A stretch of 64,000 bases of DNA, taken from positions 22,749 through 86,748 of the forward strand of contig CAZMYR010000003.1 in NCBI GenBank assembly GCA_964570585.1, given 5' to 3'. Origin of the DNA: an uncultured Planctomycetia bacterium. Its GTDB lineage: Bacteria; Omnitrophota; Gorgyraeia; JABMRG01; JAFGKX01. The position numbers were made by a program, and so were the translations under genes. Positions 33,050 to 41,269 of this stretch are shown in pieces; position 1 is the stretch's first letter; each line of letters opens with the position of its first letter. The notes under the pieces were generated by a model. That model saw only the letters and a program-made list of their open reading frames with translations. It searched no databases and was not told where the DNA came from.

Positions 33050-33272
33050 AATGGCAGGCCTGGAGGGATTCGTCCCCGTCGTGTCGTGCCTTGCGTTTGC
33101 CTTCGGCAAGCCTCAGGCACTCACTCCTTAAGGAAAAACTCTGATAGTTTTTCCTTAATATTCCTTTTCCTTCCGCATAGTAGAAATCTACGCCGATAGG
33201 GGAAAACAATCTTTTCCCCTATAACCCCTTCTTGGGTTCTCATCCCTCATCAGGACCATCTTCATATCTATC
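33050..33272. mobile_element. Hairpin-rich mini-insert bounded by a 23-bp duplication of the tRNA-Trp 3' end
   Basis: aatggcaggcctggagggattcg at 33050-33072 and 33273-33295. Confidence 0.65.
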
Positions 33273-33274
33273 AA

Positions 33275-33352
33275 TGGCAGGCCTGGAGGGATTCGAACCC
33301 CCAACGAGCGGATTTGGAGTCCGCTGCTCTAGCCAATTAGAGCTACAGGCCT
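33275..33352 (-). tRNA. trnW: tRNA-Trp (CCA)
   Basis: AGGCCTG acceptor stem, GCGGA-CT-CCA-AA-TCCGC anticodon arm, GGTTCGAATCC T arm, encoded CCA; canonical rpmG-trnW-secE position. Confidence 0.97.
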
Positions 33353-33360
33353 TTGATTAA

Positions 33361-33413
33361 AAACCTGTCGCTATCAAAGCGGCAGGTTTCTATATGCCTG
33401 CCGGCAGGCAGGC
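33361..33413. repeat. Hairpin plus GCCTGCCGGCAGGCAGG palindrome after rpmG
   Basis: aaacctgtcgct-atca-aagcggcaggttt and gcctgccggcaggcaggc. Confidence 0.6.
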
Positions 33414-33431
33414 AACTACTACTTTTTGCTA

Positions 33432-33581
33432 CTACTTTGCTTCTTTATGAACAGTTCTTTTTCTGCAGAACTTACAATATTTTTTTAATTCTAATCTATT
33501 AGTTACATTCTTCTTATTCTTTACGGTAGAATACCATCTATTTTTGCATTCGGGACATGTAAGTAGAATTTGCTCCTGCAT
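33432..33581 (-). CDS. rpmG: 50S ribosomal protein L33 (not in ORF track)
   Basis: Manual translation [49 protein letters not shown]; TAATG overlap with the tuf stop. Confidence 0.96.
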   Translation of the reverse strand: MQEQILLTCPECKNRWYSTVKNKKNVTNRLELKKYCKFCRKRTVHKEAK

Positions 33582-34780
33582 TATTCCATTATCTCCGTAA
33601 CAACTCCTGCACCTACCGTCCTGCCGCCTTCTCTTATAGCAAACCTTAATTCTTTTTCCATGGCGATAGGCGTTATAAGAGATCCTTCTAAGGTTACGTT
33701 GTCACCCGGCATTACCATCTCAGTGCCTTCCGGAAGTTTTATTGTCCCGGTAACATCGGTGGTTCTAAAATAGAATTGGGGACGATAGCCGTTGAAGAAG
33801 GGGGTATGCCTTCCGCCTTCTTCTTTGCTTAACACATAAACCTTTGCTTTAAATTTAGTATGCGGGGTTATGGAACCTGGCTTGGCTAAGACCATACCTC
33901 TTTCTAGGTCTTTCTTTTCTACGCCACGAAGAAGTATTCCTACGTTGTCTCCGGCTTGACCTTCATCCAAGAGCTTCCTAAACATCTCAACCCCTGTGAC
34001 TACACTCTTTTTGGGGGCAGGACGCATACCTACTATCTCTATATCTTCGTTTATCTTGACTTTTCCTCTTTCTATTCTACCTGTTGCTACTGTGCCTCTT
34101 CCGGTTATGGAGAAGACATCTTCTATAGCCAAAAGGAAGGGCTTATCAATGTCTCTTTTTGGAGTAGGGATGTATTCATCCACTGCCTTTAAAAGCTCCA
34201 TGATTGGCTTGGTGGCTTCATTACCAGGGTCTCCCTCTGCTTCCATGGCTTTTAAAGCACTTCCTCTTATAATGGGGATTTTGTCTCCCGGAAATTCATA
34301 TTTTGAAAGAAGTTCCCGGACCTCAAGCTCTACTAAATCTAGGAGCTCAGGGTCATCAACCATATCTACCTTGTTTAAGAATACAACTATATATGGGACG
34401 TTTACCTGGCGGGCTAAGAGGATATGCTCTCTGGTCTGAGGCATAGGTCCATCAGCTGCTGATACCACCAAAATGGCGCCGTCAGCTTGAGCTGCTCCGG
34501 TAATCATGTTCTTAATGTAATCGGCATGCCCAGGGCAGTCTATGTGGGCATAATGGCGGTTTTCGGTTTCATATTCAACGTGGGCAATGGCTATTGTTAT
34601 TCCTCTTTCTTTTTCCTCTGGGGCATTGTCTATTGAGTCAAAAGTCCTGACATCAGCCATACCTTTTTTATTTAAGACCATAGTTATAGCCGACGTAAGA
34701 CAGGTCTTGCCATGGTCTACGTGGCCTATGGTACCGATGTTTACGTGTGGTTTACTCCTTACATATTTTTCCTTTGCCAT
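33581..34780 (-). CDS. tuf: Elongation factor Tu (copy downstream of tRNA-Thr)
   Basis: Protein matches the 17736-18935 copy except the penultimate residue (IME vs IIE). Confidence 0.99.
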   Translation of the reverse strand: MAKEKYVRSKPHVNIGTIGHVDHGKTCLTSAITMVLNKKGMADVRTFDSIDNAPEEKERGITIAIAHVEYETENRHYAHIDCPGHADYIKNMITGAAQADGAILVVSAADGPMPQTREHILLARQVNVPYIVVFLNKVDMVDDPELLDLVELEVRELLSKYEFPGDKIPIIRGSALKAMEAEGDPGNEATKPIMELLKAVDEYIPTPKRDIDKPFLLAIEDVFSITGRGTVATGRIERGKVKINEDIEIVGMRPAPKKSVVTGVEMFRKLLDEGQAGDNVGILLRGVEKKDLERGMVLAKPGSITPHTKFKAKVYVLSKEEGGRHTPFFNGYRPQFYFRTTDVTGTIKLPEGTEMVMPGDNVTLEGSLITPIAMEKELRFAIREGGRTVGAGVVTEIME

Positions 34781-34805
34781 TTTCTCCTCCTCTGTAGCGT
34801 GAGTT

Positions 34806-34837
34806 TTGCCCCTTTGCTTTCCCAAACGGTGCTTTCT
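34806..34837. repeat. Family C half element
   Basis: Identical to 18961-18992. Confidence 0.8.
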
Positions 34838-34895
34838 TTATATATATGTAGTTATAATAAATCTTAAAAAAGACAAAACACTCCCTTACTTTGCT

Positions 34896-34953
34896 TCCAA
34901 TCCCCGTTTTCACGGGAACCGTTTTCATGGAGACAAGTTTTACGGGGATTGGA
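34896..34953. repeat. Palindromic element at the tRNA-Thr 3' end
   Basis: tccaatccccgt ... acggggattgga with internal ccgttttcacgg repeats. Confidence 0.65.
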
Positions 34954-35025
34954 GCCCATGACCAGGATTGAACTGGTGACCTCGTCCTTACCAAGGACGT
35001 GCTCTACCAACTGAGCTACATGGGC
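34950..35025 (-). tRNA. trnT: tRNA-Thr (GGT)
   Basis: GCCCATG acceptor stem, CGTCC-TT-GGT-AA-GGACG anticodon arm, GTTCAATC T loop, CCA end, 76 nt. Confidence 0.97.
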
Positions 35026-35116
35026 GATAAAAAGCCTTGCCTTTTGCTTTAAATCACTTCTGTCCCTAACTAAGGACGCTTTTATATATATGTTATATTA
35101 TGTAATGTGAGTGATA

Positions 35117-35144
35117 ATTATACCAAAAAAAGAATTCTTGTCAA
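35117..35144 (-). promoter_or_regulatory. Sigma70 promoter for the tRNA-Thr/tuf super-operon
   Basis: TTGACA-16 nt-TATAAT with extended -10 TG. Confidence 0.8.
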
Positions 35145-35158
35145 GTGTTTTTTGAAAT

Positions 35159-37276
35159 TTATCCAGTTAAGCCTAAGGCGAAGGTATCTTTAAACTTATG
35201 GACCAATTTTTCTCTCAGCATTCTATGGCGGCAATTTTTCAAAGGAGGATCTTCTTTAATAAGCCTGAAGGCTTCTTTTCGAGCTTGTTCGAGAATTTCT
35301 ATATCCTGAGTTAAATTGGCAAGTTCAAGCTCTGGAATACCATGCTGTCTCCTGCCAAATACTTCGCCTGTTCCGCGGATAGCCATATCCTCTTCTGCGA
35401 TTTGAAAACCGTTATCGGTCTTCACCATCGCTTCTAATCTAGAGGTAGAGCTTTCGGTTTTAGGTTCTGACATCAATATACAATATGACTGAAAATTCCC
35501 TCTACCTATTCTCCCCCTCATCTGATGAAGTTGACTTAGTCCAAAACGTTCTGCATTTTCTATCATCATTACTGAAGCATTTGGAACATCTATGCCTACC
35601 TCTATGACTGTTGTGCATACCAATATATCTATCTTGCCTTTTTTAAAATCTGTCATTGTTTTTGTTTTTTCATCAGCCTTAAGCCTTCCGTGCATCAGGC
35701 CCAATTTAAAGTTACTAAATTTCCGCTGCAGCTTCTGATATAATCTTTTCGCTCCTTCAATCTGCAACTTGTCCGATTTTTCAATAACAGGGCAGACAAT
35801 ATAACCTTGCCTGTCTTTTTTGACTTCTTCCTTAAAAAAATCATATGCCTTTTCTTTCTGAGCAGGAGAAATTAAAAAAGTCTCGACGCGGCGAGGGCCA
35901 AAGGGTAACTCGTCAATTACAGATATGTCCATATCGCCGTATAGACTCATTGCCAAAGTCCTGGGTATAGGTGTTGCGCTCATAACCAATATATGGGGGT
36001 TAAGACCTCTCTTTTTAAATGTAGCTCTCTGCTGTACTCCAAACTTATGTTGTTCATCAATAATTACCAGACCTAAATCTTTAAATTTGATAGCTTCCTG
36101 TATCAAGGTATGGGTACCGATGATAACTTGCGCTTCTCCGGATTGGATAAGTCCAACTGTATCAGCCTTTTTCTCTTTCGGCATTTCGCTTATTAGCAAT
36201 ACAACTTCAACGCCAAGGGGAGTAAGTATTTTGCTTAAAGTCAGGTAATGCTGCCGAGCTAAAATTTCGGTCGGAACCATTATAACACCTTGATGATTAT
36301 TTTTTGCAGTTAATGCTAACGCATATGTTGAAACGGCAGTCTTACCTGAACCTACTTCTCCCTGGAGAAGTCTGTACATTGGTCTTTGGGAAAGCATATC
36401 TTTCTCTATCTGGTCAATCGCTTTAGTTTGTGCCTTTGTAAGAGTAAAGGTTAGAGCTTTGAAGAATTCTTTCTTAAACTCATCTGTAACTGTATGGGTT
36501 AGTGCATTTTTAGCGCTCTTAATTCTATAGCGTCTTAATGCCAGGGCCATCTGCAGGAAAATAAATTCATCAAAGACTAACCTGCGACGGGCTTCATTTT
36601 TTCCTCTTTCATTAAACGGAAAATGTATATTCAGGAGTGCTGATTTCAGGTCTAATAAACGATGTCTTGCGCGTATATCGACAGGGAGATGTTCCTGAAT
36701 ATAAGACGAATACTGGTCTAGGCAATTTTTAATTATACTCCGCAATCTCCTCTGATTTACACCCGAAACTAAAGGATAGATAGGGACTATTCTTCCTGTA
36801 TGTATTTTGTTAAATTTTTCTGACCCATCGCCTCCGTCTCCGGCGGAGTCAGAGGCGGATCCGCCTTTGGCGGATTTTATTATTTCATATTCCGGATGGA
36901 TAACTTGTAATTTGCCGCGTTTTTGTATTTTGCCGTACATTATAACCTTATCGCCTTTATCAAAGTATTTCTTCATATATGGCTGACTAAACCAGAGGGC
37001 GTATATAGTAGCTGTCTTATCTCCTATTGCAAGCTGAAATATAGCCTGACCTTTCTTTGTCCTGAATATACCAGAGGCGAGCACTTCTCCAATAAATGTC
37101 TGAGCTTCATCCGGTATTAATTGGGCAATAGGCTTTATGTTGCTTCTGTCTTCATATCGCCGGGGAGTATGGTATAGGCAGTCAGCTACAGTTGATATAT
37201 CCAGACGCTGCAAGATATTTTGTCGCCGGGGTCCGACCCCTTTTATGTATCTGGATGGGACTTTTTCGATGTTCAT
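35159..37276 (-). CDS. recG: ATP-dependent DNA helicase RecG
   Basis: QGEVGSGKT, DEQHKFGV, SATPIPRT, QMRGRIGRG. Confidence 0.98.
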   Translation of the reverse strand: MNIEKVPSRYIKGVGPRRQNILQRLDISTVADCLYHTPRRYEDRSNIKPIAQLIPDEAQTFIGEVLASGIFRTKKGQAIFQLAIGDKTATIYALWFSQPYMKKYFDKGDKVIMYGKIQKRGKLQVIHPEYEIIKSAKGGSASDSAGDGGDGSEKFNKIHTGRIVPIYPLVSGVNQRRLRSIIKNCLDQYSSYIQEHLPVDIRARHRLLDLKSALLNIHFPFNERGKNEARRRLVFDEFIFLQMALALRRYRIKSAKNALTHTVTDEFKKEFFKALTFTLTKAQTKAIDQIEKDMLSQRPMYRLLQGEVGSGKTAVSTYALALTAKNNHQGVIMVPTEILARQHYLTLSKILTPLGVEVVLLISEMPKEKKADTVGLIQSGEAQVIIGTHTLIQEAIKFKDLGLVIIDEQHKFGVQQRATFKKRGLNPHILVMSATPIPRTLAMSLYGDMDISVIDELPFGPRRVETFLISPAQKEKAYDFFKEEVKKDRQGYIVCPVIEKSDKLQIEGAKRLYQKLQRKFSNFKLGLMHGRLKADEKTKTMTDFKKGKIDILVCTTVIEVGIDVPNASVMMIENAERFGLSQLHQMRGRIGRGNFQSYCILMSEPKTESSTSRLEAMVKTDNGFQIAEEDMAIRGTGEVFGRRQHGIPELELANLTQDIEILEQARKEAFRLIKEDPPLKNCRHRMLREKLVHKFKDTFALGLTG
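36829..36874. repeat. In-frame GC-rich palindromic insertion in recG
   Basis: ctccgtctccggcggag + aggcggatccgcct + tccgcctttggcgga; encodes SAKGGSASDSAGDGG. Confidence 0.75.
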
Positions 37277-37287
37277 TTTTCTACTTG

Positions 37288-37367
37288 CCCCGTTAGAAAT
37301 TATGTGATATTATAGTGCATTCTACATGCTATATTTTGTTTAGTATATAAAAAAATTTCTAACGGGG
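37288..37367. mobile_element. MITE-like element family F (CCCCGTTA...TAACGGGG), CTTG target duplication
   Basis: ccccgttagaaat / atttctaacgggg flanked by CTTG at 37284-37287 and 37368-37371. Confidence 0.8.
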
Positions 37368-37368
37368 C

Positions 37369-37397
37369 TTGCATATTAAATTATGCTATGTTATTAT
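37369..37397 (+). promoter_or_regulatory. Putative sigma70 promoter of rpmB
   Basis: TTGCAT-17 nt-TATTAT with TG extended -10. Confidence 0.5.
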
Positions 37398-37407
37398 ATC
37401 ACAGAAT

Positions 37408-37488
37408 GCACCGTTTGGGAAAGCAAAGTAGCAAATGTAGGGATTACGGGGACACTTGCCCCTTTGCTTTCCCAAACGGTGCTATTCT
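37408..37488. repeat. Family C full element (21-bp inverted repeat)
   Basis: gcaccgtttgggaaagcaaag ... ggggacacttgccc-ctttgctttcccaaacggtgc-tattct. Confidence 0.88.
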
Positions 37489-37507
37489 TGTAAAACAGGA
37501 GTGGAAA

Positions 37508-37735
37508 ATGTCAAGGGTTTGTCAAATATGCGGCAAAAGGCCATCTGCCGGTAGGTCTATGACTCGCCGAGGAATGGCTAAAAGGCTCGGAGGGGTGGGG
37601 CAAAAAATAGTTCGTTCAAATAAACGTAGATTTTTACCCAATCTTAAAAAAGTGAAAGTAATTGTTGGAAAGACGAAAAAGACTATGCGTGTCTGCACAG
37701 AGTGTATAAAGTCTGGCAGAGTTAAAAAAGCATAA
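37508..37735 (+). CDS. rpmB: 50S ribosomal protein L28
   Basis: MSRVCQICGKRP...KRRFLPNLKK...RVCTECIKSG; start at 37508 after AGGAG. Confidence 0.96.
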   Translation: MSRVCQICGKRPSAGRSMTRRGMAKRLGGVGQKIVRSNKRRFLPNLKKVKVIVGKTKKTMRVCTECIKSGRVKKA

Positions 37736-37741
37736 GCACAA

Positions 37742-37885
37742 CAAAAAATCCTAAATCCTAAACTCGAAATCCTAAACAAACCCAAAACTCTAAACCCAAA
37801 TGTTCAAAACAGATTGCATAACAATTATGTTTTGAGTTTTGTATTTTGAGTTTGTTTAGAGTTTAGGGTTTAGTGTTTAGGGTTT
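37742..37885. repeat. 7-nt degenerate array with inverted arms between convergent rpmB and otsB
   Basis: aaatcct/aaactcg/aaaccca units then gtttaga/gtttagg/gtttagt units. Confidence 0.78.
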
Positions 37886-38667
37886 ATGTCCGTTAATTTC
37901 TCTAGAAATCCAAACACCTCTTTTGTATCCGTCGCATAATATTCAGCGTTTGAAACTGTATTTTTTCCTCCCACAAAGATTGTAATGCCTTTCTTTTTCA
38001 ATCTCTTAAAAGCGCTTTCATCGGTCTCGTCATCGCCTAGATAAATAGGTAAAATCCTCCTACGCTTATTCTTTTTTCTTTTTAATAAATAATCGACGAG
38101 GCTGCCCTTGTCCCATTTAATTGGAGGGCGCACTTCGATTACTTTCTTACCGTTGGTTATTTTTACTTTTTTACTTTCAATATACGGAGTAAGTGTAGTA
38201 ATAACTGAATGTTTTAGTTTTTTTATTTTTGCTCCTTTTACCATACGGTAATGCACGCTTAAGGTAAGCCCTTTGTCTTCAATAAAGGCGCCAGGAATTT
38301 TTCTGCATGCTGTTTTCAGTTTGGAAAAAAGTGGTGCCAGCCGCGAGTTTTTTTTAAAAAACTTGTGCCTGGCACCACTTTTTCCATTTTCTATCTCCAA
38401 CCCATGATTACCAGCTAAAGCTATGCCTTTTATTTTTATCTTTTGTTTTAATTGCTTAATTGAACGACCGCTTATTATCGCTATAGAGAATTTAGGATTT
38501 TTCATTAATTTAAGCAGGATAGATTTTGATTCTTTCGGTAAATTCGCTAATTCGGGCTTTTTAACAATTGGGGCAAGGGTGCCGTCATAATCCAGGAAAA
38601 GGTATATGTGGGGAGTTCTATTTATTTCTGCAAAGATTTTTCTGGAGTGTCGGAAGAGATACTTCAT
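37870..38667 (-). CDS. otsB: Trehalose-6-phosphate phosphatase
   Basis: LDYDGTL, ISGR, GNHGLE, KGS, GDDETDESAF HAD motifs. Confidence 0.93.
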   Translation of the reverse strand: MKYLFRHSRKIFAEINRTPHIYLFLDYDGTLAPIVKKPELANLPKESKSILLKLMKNPKFSIAIISGRSIKQLKQKIKIKGIALAGNHGLEIENGKSGARHKFFKKNSRLAPLFSKLKTACRKIPGAFIEDKGLTLSVHYRMVKGAKIKKLKHSVITTLTPYIESKKVKITNGKKVIEVRPPIKWDKGSLVDYLLKRKKNKRRRILPIYLGDDETDESAFKRLKKKGITIFVGGKNTVSNAEYYATDTKEVFGFLEKLTDINPKH

Positions 38668-38722
38668 TCTCTGGTTTCAGGTTGCAAACTTATAACTTAT
38701 TACCAAAAAGGTATTTCACTCT

Positions 38723-40201
38723 CTATTTCTGAATCTTTTTGATCTCAGATATGACCTTGCCTGCCCACTTATAGATATTATTTTCCTTAACAACACCGCG
38801 TAAAGTCTTCATTCTTCTGGTTCGCTCTGCCTTGGGAAGCTCTAAAGCCTGCTTTATCTTATCTGCAAAGTCATCTATATCGTATGGGTTTACAAATATC
38901 GCTTCTGATAACTCTCTGGCGGCACCCGTGAACCTGCTGAGTATCAATACCCCGTCTTCATCAATACGCGATGAGATAAATTCTTTTGAAACTAAATTCA
39001 TGCCATCATGTAAAGGGCTTACAATGCAGGCTCGGGCAAGTCTAAAAAACGCAAGAATTTGCTTCAAAGGCACATGCCTTCTCAATAGAATAACCGGCGA
39101 CCAATCCTCAGCCGAATATTTCCAGTTTATATCAGACATAAGGGCATTAATCCTGTCGTTTAAATTCTTATATTCTTGTATCTGGATACGGCTGAGTTCT
39201 CCGATCTGGATAAAAACTATTCTTTTGCGATATTCTGGATATTTTTCCAAAAATCTATCCAGCGCCAATAATCTCTCCGGGATACCTTTAGTATAATCTA
39301 ACCTGTCCAGTCCAAAAAGCACATAATCTACCTTTTCTAAACTAAACTCATTTATAATCTTCTGCATGGCCTTTTCAACTTCTTCTGTATCTGATATTTC
39401 GCATACGGCCCGGAAATCGGCACTAATAGGGAATGCCCTTATAAACGTCTCATGGCCATTATATATTACTGAGTATTTTTCTCTATCAATCCTGGCCTCT
39501 AATACTTTATCCACATTATCGAAAAAATTCTCACAATGATATCTTATATGAAAACCTAATAAATCATTACATAATAGAGCTTCTATAATCTCTCTCTGTT
39601 TTGGGCATATTCTAAAGACTTCCGAATTGGGCCAGGGGATATGCCATGAATGTATACATAAAACATCAGGGCGCCTTTTCTTTATCATCTGCGCTAAAAG
39701 GGTAAGATGAAAATCATGAATCCACACCACTGCCCTCCGCCCTTTTATCTCTTCCAATATAACATCGGCAAATCTCCGGTTTACCAATTTATAATAATTC
39801 CAGTCGTTTTCATTAAAGCTGGGCCTGGTATAGGTAAGATGGCAAAGGGGCCATAATGAACTGTTGGAGAAGCCAAAATAATAACCTTTCTCTTCTTCTT
39901 TATCGAGCCATATCCTCTTTAAAGTATAACTCGGATTATCAGACGGAACTTTAATGCAGTCATTTTTATCCACCACTTTTCTATCTCCTGAACCCCGGCC
40001 ATGAGCAACCCATAAACCGCCGCAAGCCTGCATAACAGGGTCAAGCGCAGTCGCTACTCCTCCTGTCGGGCGGTCACACTCTATTTTGCCTTCTTTTATT
40101 ACGTGGACATACGGCTCTCTATTAGCAGCTATGACCAGCATAGTGTCTTTGCCTAACACTTTAGCAACAGTATCTTTAAGTTGTTTTCTATCCCAGGTCA
40201 T
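38723..40201 (-). CDS. otsA: Trehalose-6-phosphate synthase (GT20)
   Basis: WIHDFHL, HIPWP, DRLDYTKGI, DGMNLVSKEF. Confidence 0.95.
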   Translation of the reverse strand: MTWDRKQLKDTVAKVLGKDTMLVIAANREPYVHVIKEGKIECDRPTGGVATALDPVMQACGGLWVAHGRGSGDRKVVDKNDCIKVPSDNPSYTLKRIWLDKEEEKGYYFGFSNSSLWPLCHLTYTRPSFNENDWNYYKLVNRRFADVILEEIKGRRAVVWIHDFHLTLLAQMIKKRRPDVLCIHSWHIPWPNSEVFRICPKQREIIEALLCNDLLGFHIRYHCENFFDNVDKVLEARIDREKYSVIYNGHETFIRAFPISADFRAVCEISDTEEVEKAMQKIINEFSLEKVDYVLFGLDRLDYTKGIPERLLALDRFLEKYPEYRKRIVFIQIGELSRIQIQEYKNLNDRINALMSDINWKYSAEDWSPVILLRRHVPLKQILAFFRLARACIVSPLHDGMNLVSKEFISSRIDEDGVLILSRFTGAARELSEAIFVNPYDIDDFADKIKQALELPKAERTRRMKTLRGVVKENNIYKWAGKVISEIKKIQK

Positions 40202-41256
40202 TTGCCTTCCTTTGCTAAATATAATGTCTGGGTCGGATAAGCAAATTCAATGTCTCGGGCCTCGAATTCTTTCTTCATGGCAAAATTAATCTCTTGCTGA
40301 ATATCCATATATTTATTGTAGTCTCTGCTCATAACATAGTAGACAACTTCAAATACCAGATTGAAATCGCCATAGGAGGCAAAATGGGCACGGTCAAAGG
40401 TGGTATCCTTAACATTTTTTATAACATTTTCGATTATTCCCGGTATAACCTTCAACTTCTCGAGGGGAGTCTGATAGGTAACGCCAAGTTTAAAAACAAC
40501 CCTTCTTTTTCCCATCCTTTTATAGTTGCGCAACCGAGAATTGGTAAGGTCTTTATTAGAAAAGACTAATTGCTCTCCGCCAAGACTGCGTATACGGGTG
40601 GTCTTAATTCCAATATGCTCAATGGTTCCTAAATACTCTCCTATTATGATAAAATCTCCGATTTCAAACGGACGGTCAAACATTATAGCAAAATAACTAA
40701 ATAGATCTCCTAAAATTGCCTGAGCTGCTAAGGCTACTGCTACGCCTCCGATACCTAAACCGGCAACAACAGCTGATATTTTAAATCCTAAGTTGTCTAA
40801 GAAAAAGATAATAGCCAATCCCCATACAATTAGCTTTATTATTCTTAAAATCCCTTTTAAACTTCGCTCTAAACCTACATCTTTGCCTCTCTTTGTCCGG
40901 TAAATATCAAATCCGTAACCTATAAGAACTGTGGCTAAACGCGCTGCAAATAAGGTCAGAATAGCCATTCCTGTAATATCGATAATTTTTTTCAACAGAG
41001 GATCTAAATTTAGGATATTCACACTCAAATAGAAAGCGCCAAAATAGGCCAAAGGAAGAAGTATCTTTTGAATAAGCCCAACCAGAAAATCATCCAACGT
41101 TGTAGCAGTCTTTTCTGCCCATTTTTTTAAGCGCCTTAATATAAAGCACTGGAATATCTTAATAATGGCGAAACCTGCTAAAAGTATAAGAACGCATATT
41201 AAATAATCGGCAATACGATTTCCAAGAAACGCCTTTTCTATAATCTCCTGAAGCAT
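40198..41256 (-). CDS. mscS: Small-conductance mechanosensitive channel family protein
   Basis: GLGIGGVAVALAAQ, DRPFEIGD, IEFAYPTQT; start at ATG 41256. Confidence 0.9.
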   Translation of the reverse strand: MLQEIIEKAFLGNRIADYLICVLILLAGFAIIKIFQCFILRRLKKWAEKTATTLDDFLVGLIQKILLPLAYFGAFYLSVNILNLDPLLKKIIDITGMAILTLFAARLATVLIGYGFDIYRTKRGKDVGLERSLKGILRIIKLIVWGLAIIFFLDNLGFKISAVVAGLGIGGVAVALAAQAILGDLFSYFAIMFDRPFEIGDFIIIGEYLGTIEHIGIKTTRIRSLGGEQLVFSNKDLTNSRLRNYKRMGKRRVVFKLGVTYQTPLEKLKVIPGIIENVIKNVKDTTFDRAHFASYGDFNLVFEVVYYVMSRDYNKYMDIQQEINFAMKKEFEARDIEFAYPTQTLYLAKEGK

Positions 41257-41269
41257 TTTTATTCTCCTT

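Noticed and set aside
33050-33130. Second tRNA-Trp gene
   Set aside because: Only the 3' ~21 nt are present; there is no anticodon or D arm.
33024-34994. ORFs 33024-33209 and 34752-34994
   Set aside because: They overlap tRNA and palindromic sequence and are not credible proteins.
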